A DNA stretch of 64,000 nucleotides from Acanthaster planci (taxonomy: Eukaryota), in the NCBI RefSeq assembly GCF_001949145.1, contig NW_019091360.1, forward strand, positions 3,763,816 through 3,827,815, read 5' to 3'. A model generated the notes under the pieces. The model ran no database searches, was not told the origin of the DNA, and saw only the letters and a list, made by a program, of their open reading frames with translations. Below are positions 33,201-64,000 of the stretch, in pieces (position 1 is the stretch's first letter; each line of letters begins with the position of its first letter). A program made the translations under genes and the position numbers.

Positions 33201-34044
33201 ATATTCCCAAAAGCCCATATTTTCTGTCTAGATCCATGCCTTAAAGTTCTTTTTTTTTCGAAATTAATTTTTTAATAAACTTGACCGTGTACAAACAAGT
33301 GCATAACCTTTGAGTAAATGATAACTCTTTGCATATTGGTTTCCAAAGCAACGTGTTATTTCTTTAAGAGAAATTCCAAGTCACTCCAGAAGCATACTTT
33401 CTGTATCCCCTAAGGTTCAAGAATGGGAAACCCTTGAAGGAAGGCATTCGTCACAAGCTATCCCAAGGAGCAGACGGAGTCTGCTCACTTGTCATCCCCA
33501 GAGCACAAATTGAGGATAGTGGCGACTATGAATGCAATGCACAGAATGCCAATGGCGGTGCTTCATGCATAGCCAAGCTCAGCGTGAAATGTGAGTAGAT
33601 GAACCTGCCCTAGATCTCAGTGTTAGACATTACACATGATGAAGTTCATTAATCAGGGAATTGAGAATGCTGTGTAGCGTATGAACATGATAAAGTAGTT
33701 CTTTTGTGGAAATTGACTTTACATTTAGGGTCTTTTTGTAATATTAAAACTTTTCTCATTAGTTTTGGTCAGCCTCAAAGGAATATTGTCATCTTATCAT
33801 ACAAAATAGATGTCTTTTTACACCCAGTGTTCATTGGAGGTAAAAGTCTGAAGTAATCAAATTTGGAACTCTCAATTGAAAAAAAAGTGTTTATTTTTTT
33901 TCAGCTTCAAAGAAGCTCCCCTTCTTGAACAAGTTTCAGCAAGACAGCTCATCATCCGGTAGTGGGCCAGGTGGCAAGAAGGGCCCCACAGGTCCCAGCC
34001 GAGGGAGCAGTGTCATGGCAAGAGCACAGATGTTTGGCAAGTAG
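1..34044 (+). CDS. TTN: Titin/twitchin (connectin)-family giant sarcomeric protein, 3' part (42 exons in window, 5' end upstream of window)
   Basis: Chain of GT-AG exons with consistent phases encoding I-set Ig and Fn3 domains in the titin P-zone order (Fn3x3-Ig2-Fn3x2-Ig2-Fn3-kinase), an MLCK-family kinase, 9 post-kinase Ig domains and a stop at 34042-34044. TTN versus twitchin orthology is inferred, not proven. Confidence 0.9.
671..955 (+). CDS. titin-like exon: Ig domain
   Basis: ttccttgcag acceptor; EPKIDLSDYKDVITVRAGNVLRLYVPFTGCPTPTAEW...DTGQYSLTVSNEAG; donor GTAGGT. Confidence 0.93.
1355..1657 (+). CDS. titin-like exon: Fn3 domain
   Basis: DVPGPPTGPL...SWSPPREDGGSKI...YEFRVSAENING; AG/GTAAGT, 303 nt. 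Confidence 0.95.
1741..1909. mobile_element. degenerate hAT-like MITE, family A copy 1
   Basis: CAGTGT...ACACCG ends, imperfect 8-bp flanks cttagaac/ccttgaac; 1865-1909 is near reverse complement of 7150-7194. Confidence 0.6.
2023..2328 (+). CDS. titin-like exon: Fn3 domain
   Basis: VPSAPGKP...WTEPQHDGGKPITGY...YDFRVTAENTVG; 306 nt, phase 1-1. Confidence 0.95.
2349..2414 (-). mobile_element. tRNA-derived SINE remnant
   Basis: Minus strand AGCTCAGTTGGTAGAGCACC (A-box/D-arm) followed by a decayed B-box (GTTTAAATTC); no intact cloverleaf. Confidence 0.55.
3158..3457 (+). CDS. titin-like exon: Fn3 domain
   Basis: RPSPPGCP...WTVPFSDGGQPITHY...YVFRVCAVNTAG; 300 nt. Confidence 0.95.
3940..4051 (+). 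CDS. titin-like exon: Ig domain N-half (A164-equivalent position)
   Basis: GVPPTFTEEPHSTMVAEKTKAEFTCRVAGTPTPHVDW; phase 1 to 2. Confidence 0.9.
4306..4481 (+). CDS. titin-like exon: Ig domain C-half
   Basis: IRKGRELFTGRKY...DSGMYTAVAQNENG; phase 2 to 1. Confidence 0.92.
4965..5252 (+). CDS. titin-like exon: Ig domain
   Basis: LPTLDLDRRMRDFSVRAGSTLRISIPFTGTPTP...DSGVYILEAENEYG; 288 nt. Confidence 0.93.
5699..5837 (+). CDS. titin-like exon: Fn3 N-half
   Basis: DKPGPPTGPI...WQPPADNGGSPIIRYIVE. Confidence 0.92.
6004..6167 (+). CDS. titin-like exon: Fn3 C-half
   Basis: TIWQNVG...YLFRVSAENQYGPSEP. Confidence 0.92.
6196..6392. mobile_element. decayed hAT-like MITE, family B
   Basis: Internal ggcacgtgccc and ggtgcccc..atttgaaattt motifs shared with 61471-61671; right end TATACCACTG; flanks tccctgac/ttcctgac. 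Confidence 0.6.
6753..7055 (+). CDS. titin-like exon: Fn3 domain
   Basis: DVPGAPGKP...SDGGSPITNY...YEFRVIAENKVG; 303 nt. Confidence 0.95.
7150..7329. mobile_element. degenerate hAT-like MITE, family A copy 2
   Basis: CAGTGTT...AACACTG termini, flanks atcatttt/gtcattta; inverted homology to 1741-1909. Confidence 0.6.
7482..7766 (+). CDS. titin-like exon: Ig domain (A168-equivalent position)
   Basis: PASFVRTPQS...LECEVAGYPSPQVFWYRLGREL...EDTGEITVKVMNKAG. Confidence 0.93.
8441..8728 (+). CDS. titin-like exon: Ig domain (A169-equivalent position)
   Basis: APKVNVPPRLR...LRIPYTGIPAPSITW...DAGKYTVVATNELG. Confidence 0.93.
9164..9451 (+). CDS. titin-like exon: last Fn3 before kinase (A170-equivalent position)
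   Basis: QPDPPRNL...WQPPLHDGGSTITSY...YQFRVTALNSFG. Confidence 0.95.
9706..10270. mobile_element. non-autonomous piggyBac-like element
   Basis: TTAA on both sides; TIR CCACTTGCTGC / GCAGCAAGTGG; no transposase ORF. Confidence 0.75.
10365..10521 (+). CDS. titin-like exon: kinase N-terminal linker and kinase start
   Basis: SALTRPELEDYEAKRRFYDSLVDLSWIPSRFDYIKRFGSVYDYYNIYEELGR; not in the ORF track in this frame; phase 1 to 2. Confidence 0.92.
10735..10935 (+). CDS. titin-like kinase exon (Gly loop, AAK, helix C)
   Basis: GSYGVVYRAVEKKTGKTFAAKF...EIDIM...MIIEF. Confidence 0.96.
11053..11194 (+). CDS. titin-like kinase exon
   Basis: LSGGELFDRLVDE...HILHLDLK. Confidence 0.96.
11515..11714 (+). 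CDS. titin-like kinase exon (DFG/APE)
   Basis: PENIML...KLIDFGLARE...[12 protein letters not shown]...DMWSLGV. Confidence 0.97.
11966..12118 (+). CDS. titin-like kinase exon
   Basis: LSGISPFMGESDIDTL...WDFDEEAF. Confidence 0.96.
12128..12283. mobile_element. PIF/Harbinger (Tourist-like) MITE
   Basis: About 48-bp imperfect TIR (GGGAGCGTTTCATAATT...GAAGGCGGTATTTACTG) with TTA on both flanks. Confidence 0.8.
12646..12691 (+). CDS. titin-like kinase micro-exon (kinase end)
   Basis: KRMTIQEALAHPWLN; 46 nt, phase 2 to 0. Confidence 0.92.
12902..12988 (+). CDS. titin-like exon: regulatory tail, basic helix
   Basis: METDTLARRRARRLNTRRLRKLHEKRKPE; phase 0-0. Confidence 0.88.
13097..13208 (+). CDS. 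titin-like exon: regulatory tail, second part
   Basis: GAGETINALGRLAHGGALREIHKVYRGMPLHERLVYM; strong pyrimidine tract. Confidence 0.9.
13875..14165 (+). CDS. titin-like exon: post-kinase Ig 1 (M1-like)
   Basis: DVRDAAPKFVVPL...FECEV...ITWYKG...DVGEYTCKAVNSYG. Confidence 0.93.
14299..14362 (+). CDS. titin-like micro-exon: charged linker
   Basis: LDEEELERRGERRTLEMKRQ; supplies the required phase 1 to 2 change. Confidence 0.85.
14729..14865 (+). CDS. titin-like exon: linker and start of post-kinase Ig 2
   Basis: IPLGERARRLRAMQAEMGADQPPQFVKTLQDKECGLGFILPLSFE. Confidence 0.87.
15558..15764 (+). CDS. titin-like exon: post-kinase Ig 2 (M2-like)
   Basis: TVPPEPTKVIWYLNG...DDMGEYCAEVTN. Confidence 0.92.
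15978..16113 (+). CDS. titin-like exon: post-kinase Ig 3 N-half
   Basis: VRPHFVQRLRDILIVEGSAARLECKVNGMPDPDIRW. Confidence 0.92.
17313..17543. mobile_element. Tc1/mariner-like MITE
   Basis: TA-flanked ~30-bp imperfect TIR: CTCAAAAAAAGTTGAGCACCACTTTT versus AAAAGTGGTCCTTAACTTTTTTTGAG. Confidence 0.7.
17952..18127 (+). CDS. titin-like exon: post-kinase Ig 3 C-half
   Basis: FKDHKEIEDG...DAGTYTCQASNLLGRISC. Confidence 0.93.
19881..20145 (+). CDS. candidate alternative (internal) first coding exon of a short C-terminal titin isoform
   Basis: Kozak-like atcATGG; 88-codon acidic ORF MDSAVAAVSHPSASESSEDDAE...TRLPPD; phase-1 donor G/GTACGT; upstream in-frame stop at 19833-19835; no good acceptor. 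Confidence 0.5.
20550..20589 (+). CDS. titin-like micro-exon (40 nt)
   Basis: ctacacag acceptor, CGAESEPASEPSR, GTAAGT donor; bridges phase 1 (18127) to phase 2 (21601). Confidence 0.85.
21601..21947 (+). CDS. titin-like exon: post-kinase Ig 4
   Basis: APFFSLPLRRK...LTCAVQGYPAPKVAW...GVCSLEV...DTGTYRCTATS. Confidence 0.93.
22377..22512 (+). CDS. titin-like exon: post-kinase Ig 5 N-half
   Basis: IRPSFHKPVRG...IQVSGFPEPQIIW. Confidence 0.92.
22853..23031 (+). CDS. titin-like exon: post-kinase Ig 5 C-half
   Basis: YKDNVRI...DAGRYKAAASSPAGKASC. Confidence 0.92.
23335..27324 (+). CDS. titin-like giant exon (3990 nt): Ser/Arg/Pro/Thr-rich insert plus start of post-kinase Ig 6
   Basis: Single open frame of 1330 codons between AG (23333-4) and GTAAGT (27325); ends PPEFVQRLRDMTVNDGARVVLEVQIT. 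Confidence 0.93.
24924..26360 (+). repeat. four degenerate ~140-aa coding repeats within the giant exon
   Basis: Core LLSTDSxESxxxRxxSPxxxRxVTPV[GA]TDSLRT[PA]REIxII begins at about 24924, 25350, 25803 and 26214. Confidence 0.88.
27616..27813 (+). CDS. titin-like exon: post-kinase Ig 6 C-part
   Basis: GARPMDVGWLRNG...IAEVFPEDSGKYTCEALNDHGE. Confidence 0.94.
28092..28161 (+). repeat. 35-bp tandem duplication
   Basis: cacctgtgggga(t/c)ttaaagtcacttgttt repeated at 28092 and 28127. Confidence 0.9.
28166..28354 (+). CDS. titin-like exon: linker and post-kinase Ig 7 N-half
   Basis: PPEFFEEPQSQTVEEGGMARFVCDVDGEPIPT. Confidence 0.9.
28386..28499. mobile_element. decayed hAT-like MITE, family B
   Basis: CAGTGGTGTAACTA...TTGCCACTG ends; flanks tttgcctt/attgcctt (7 of 8 match). 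Confidence 0.65.
29015..29234 (+). CDS. titin-like exon: post-kinase Ig 7 C-half
   Basis: VTWSKDD...HTFEIPVALATDEGEYVCTATN; donor GA/GTAAGT, phase 2. Confidence 0.93.
29988..30080 (+). CDS. titin-like 93-nt symmetric (phase 2-2) linker exon, probably a cassette
   Basis: Long pyrimidine tract ending cttacag; ATGPQSTPPVTSSEPIAIFAPVAQSAPDQD; donor AG/GTTAGA. Confidence 0.65.
30556..30723. mobile_element. MITE / foldback element
   Basis: About 60-bp imperfect inverted repeat GGGAATAATTA..GCTCAGGAGAA versus TTCTCCTGAGC..TAATTATTCCC. Confidence 0.75.
31125..31230 (+). CDS. titin-like exon: linker and start of post-kinase Ig 8
   Basis: EVIAQFDDTMDAIGEPVRFSSDSEAPVFVEELQDQ; phase 2 to 0. Confidence 0.88.
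32229..32472 (+). CDS. titin-like exon: post-kinase Ig 8
   Basis: FQCRVTGKPLPDITW...IAEAYTEDAGKYSCHANNEAG. Confidence 0.94.
32856..33018 (+). CDS. titin-like exon: post-kinase Ig 9 N-half
   Basis: QAPSFDKKIQDCEAQANSEARFECTVKGTPIPETKW. Confidence 0.92.
33415..33590 (+). CDS. titin-like exon: post-kinase Ig 9 C-half
   Basis: FKNGKPLKEG...EDSGDYECNAQNANGGASC; phase-1 donor GTGAGT. Confidence 0.93.
33905..34044 (+). CDS. titin-like terminal coding exon
   Basis: Poly-T acceptor; SKKLPFLNKFQQDSSSSGSGPGGKKGPTGPSRGSSVMARAQMFGK then TAG. Confidence 0.85.
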
Positions 34045-34902
34045 ATCAGGCGGAAATGGACAAAACAGTCAAGGCTGGTGACTTCTGACAGACCGGTTCA
34101 AACCAAGTTGCACCACTAAGTAAAAGACGGTTTCACTCATTGGTTCAACATTTGAACTCTTGCTTGGATAGACAAGTGAGAATGCGTAGTTATTATGTTG
34201 GAATAGGTAAATAATCAATGCAACATTCTCTGTGACAAACACTTTCATGATTTTTATAACTCTTTAAAAGCTCCTGTATTTCAATCACCAGCCTCCTGAA
34301 CTCAATCAGCCTCTTATCTTGCCAAGATTTGGCTCCAGACCGTCTTCCCGATCGGACTTAACTTATTCATGTATGTGGTTTCACTTTTTATTTTTTGTTT
34401 AACTGTATGTCTTGTTGAAATGTTCATGCTCAGTTATGGTTATACAATGTATTTAGATTTAGACCTTTGAATGGATTTGTAGCAAAAGTGATCTTTTATA
34501 AGAAATAATCAGGTGAAATCGTGCAGTAAGCACAACGATTTTTAAACTTGACAGTGTACTATAGGAAAACTATATGTTTCTTATTCCAAAACATGAAACA
34601 AGATGTAAATAATTTTTTTGAACCTGAACTGACGGTGAAAGTTTATATTGTAAACCAATGTGAAACTTGTTTGAATATGTTCCCGGCAGTAACCTGGATG
34701 TAAAAAAAGTGATTGTTCTTGAACAGTCACTTGTGAAATTTTGCGTCTGTAAAATTTTGTTTACTGCGGAACGTTTTTTGTAAAATGGATGACGTTGATA
34801 TGCCGCGTTCCCACGACTCGACTTTTTCCCGACGTCTGTGAGAGTAACGCAGGCATTTTTACAATGACCAAGGATCTCCACAGAAATGTGTGAAGTCCTC
34901 CC

Positions 34903-35141
34903 AATAAACTGGCTCTCGTTCTTAAGGGAACTGGAAGGGCTTGATTGTAATAGTACTTCAGGAGGAGAGGAGGAGGGCGCCCTCTATCCTCCAATGGATG
35001 ACAGTGTCGAAAAGGAAGCTGTGCTTCACTGAAACATTCCGCTGTCACCGACTATAAAAAGAGATGACTTTTTGTATCAGTGCCTTTTTAACAGATTTTG
35101 ATGCACGAGGACAAACTCGGAAGACGTCAAAATCAAATAAA
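34903..35141 (+). terminator. candidate polyadenylation signals of the titin-like gene
   Basis: AATAAA at 34903-34908 and 35136-35141, 0.9-1.1 kb after the stop. Confidence 0.4.
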
Positions 35142-37400
35142 CATTCACGAAAGAGAAAAAAACACACTTGATTGAACACAATTCATGCAGAGGTTGGGCT
35201 GCATGATCTGGGGAAGGCTTTGAAGGAAATTGGACAGCAGTGTGGTGGTGCATGTCCTAAAAAATCCTCAGCCCTCCCCGAACAAACTTCACGTTCACTT
35301 TTTATTTGGATTCTTTTGGGGAAAGCTCTCTGACCGGATTAAAACACCATTTTATTTCCTTTCCTGCTTTTGTTTTTTTGAAATTCTGTTTTATCTTTCT
35401 CACTTTCATCGTCTATTTGCAGACGTCAGTTTTTGATCACTTGTTCCTTTCAGAAATCTCCCAGAAAAGGCAGCAGTGAAGGCTTTCCTCTCTGTTTTGT
35501 TAATTAAATCTTCATTATCTCCTTGGTAATGATATTTACTCGCTTAGTTTGGTTAAACGTATGTGTACTGCAGTGATTTGAAAAAAATAATAATTATAAT
35601 ATTCTTGGTCTGGCCTCCACATGGTCACAGGACGTTTAAGTCTAGATTGAATCACCTGATTTCGTGGTGGTAATCTTGTGATTCTCTGTATCATTGAACG
35701 TCATCTGGGTGAATCTTGTGGGCGTTAACATCTTGAATGGTAATGGTGGTCAGATCTTTCCTTGCATCCCTCAGCTTCGTGTTTCTCCCAAGTAATAGTT
35801 CTATTTATTGAAAGAAAAGTAATATTCTAAAACTGACCAGGGGCAATATTATATTGAACTTCCATAATCTTTAGTCGTACTTTTTTTCAAAATCCTGTTC
35901 ATCCTCTGACAGGAATGGAAAAAGACAACCAAAAATATGATCCAGTCAGACAAGGAATTCAAAATGTCATCACTCGTGAGTGTCCTTTGATCTAACAAAA
36001 AAAAAAACAGCAGCTAACAATGTATCCAGACACTGTTTGAAATCTAGATAAAATTATTTTTATCGCACAGCGTTCACGTTGGGTAGAAGTCAGGATCACT
36101 CCTGCGAAACCTATTCATCGACATTTTTTCGACTAGAAAATTGAAAAACCTCCTCATCAACTTTAAATTAATATCAGAAATCCTTGAATTGAACTTATAA
36201 CCCTTTATTCTGATCAGTTCTTGAATATTTAACCGTTAATGAATGAAGACCCTGATTTGTTGGTTTCCGCACTTGCACTTGCATTCTGTTCGTCGAGTAC
36301 TTTCTTAGATGTATTCGTGCCTATTTAATGAGCCCAGATTCACGACTTTAAGATTGAAATGGAATTATCAAAGTAACCAAAAACGAATCAATGCACTGAA
36401 AGTACTGCCCGTAACAAAAAAGGATTATCGAATTTTTATTTGATAATGCAGTTGTTTTTTAGATAGACCAGTACTTATTTATTTCAAAAGCACGTTTTTG
36501 AATCAGGGTCTATTTAATGTTTCACTATTGTTTTGTTAAAGCATTGCACATAGATTTTATCTATTTATTTATTTAAAGTTTATTTATAGTATCTTCTTAT
36601 TTCATAGAACTGCCGTATACCCCTCTAGTGCACTTCGTTATTAAACGTGCAATGCTCTTGAAAAATTAAGTATTTTTAATCTGTGTGTTTGTTCTGAGTT
36701 GCTCCTGAAGGTTTTTACTGTGATATTGACAGTCGGCATTGTCGACTGTTCATTGTTGTCTTTGCTTCAATACCATCACTGAGTTCAAGAAACAATAGGT
36801 CGATGTGTGCGTTGTAATGTCATTAATAATAATTTAAAAATCGAAACTTTGTTCAAAAGTAACGAAAATGAAATCAAAAAGAAACGTTCTAAAAATGCAT
36901 TGCACGAATTTCGTCGGAGAACAGGAGGTTGCACTTCCTTAAACTTTATTTTTTTTTGGTGTAATTTACGTCGGTACAATCCGGCTTTTATGACTGCTTC
37001 TAATTTTGAGACAGAAAACGAAAGTAATCATCACAGAAACCGACGAACATGATTTTGAATCATCTCAGTCTTAAATGCTTCCTGGAGCAACTGAATCTAT
37101 AGGATTAAACGTCTGCTGTTTGTTCCTGTATGTAGGCCACCCTTCCCATGTGAAATTACAAGACAGATATTTGCAGTTGACCCAATCGTTTGCATATTAT
37201 ATAGTTCAAGGCAGTGAGGAGACCTTCAGCAAATCATGCCATCAGTTAGCCGTGGGTAGTTCCATTCTGTGCCCACAATCATGGTTCGTGCAAAATGAAA
37301 TAGGAGTGTGTAATTACAATGTCGCGTTCCTGTTTCACATCACTGCTCTTTGTTAGTTTGTTTTACGGTTAATAACGTGAAATTGGGGCAGTGAGTGACA

Positions 37401-37416
37401 TGTGTGTGTGTGTGTG
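37401..37416. repeat. (TG)n microsatellite
   Basis: tgtgtgtgtgtgtgtg. Confidence 0.85.
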
Positions 37417-37649
37417 CTAAGTGCATCATTGATGTCCTCGATCGAGTAGGCCTACGCGTGGTTTGTGCATCGACTTGTTTCCTGCTTCCCGGCAGTTTCC
37501 GTTAAAAAAGCAGTATAATTGCCATTTACTCGATGCTTGCCGCTCGAAGTACAGCGGCGGTATCGAGATATATAGACACTGACTTAAAGCTGTGAACTAT
37601 CTCAGCATCACGCGTGCAAGGATTAGTATAGGCAATAAGTGACCGAAAA

Positions 37650-64000
<26,351 letters not shown>

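Overview
Intron-rich animal genomic DNA, most likely from an invertebrate deuterostome (inferred from protein features only). Two muscle-kinase genes lie head-to-tail on the + strand. (1) Positions 1-34044 hold the last 42 exons of a titin/twitchin (connectin)-family gene, reconstructed by hand with every GT-AG junction in a consistent phase. Domain order: Ig-Ig-Fn3-Fn3-Fn3-Ig-Ig-Fn3-Fn3-Ig-Ig-Fn3-linker-kinase-regulatory tail-5 Ig-a ~1300 aa Ser/Arg/Pro/Thr-rich insert (one 3990-nt exon)-4 Ig-short tail, then the stop codon. The kinase keeps canonical catalytic motifs (AAK, HLDLKPEN, DFG). (2) From about 37650 to beyond 64000 lies a smooth-muscle-type myosin light chain kinase with two candidate short alternative first exons and no N-terminal Ig/Fn3 exons that I could find. 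Points of interest: the titin 3' Ig domains plus this kinase look colinear with long vertebrate MYLK and could be joined in frame by read-through splicing; there is a candidate internal first exon inside the titin gene; and the MLCK has candidate non-canonical calmodulin-binding-site exons. Introns carry several small non-autonomous DNA transposons (hAT-, piggyBac-, Harbinger- and Tc1-like) and a tRNA-derived SINE remnant. All comparisons to known proteins are from memory and need alignment.
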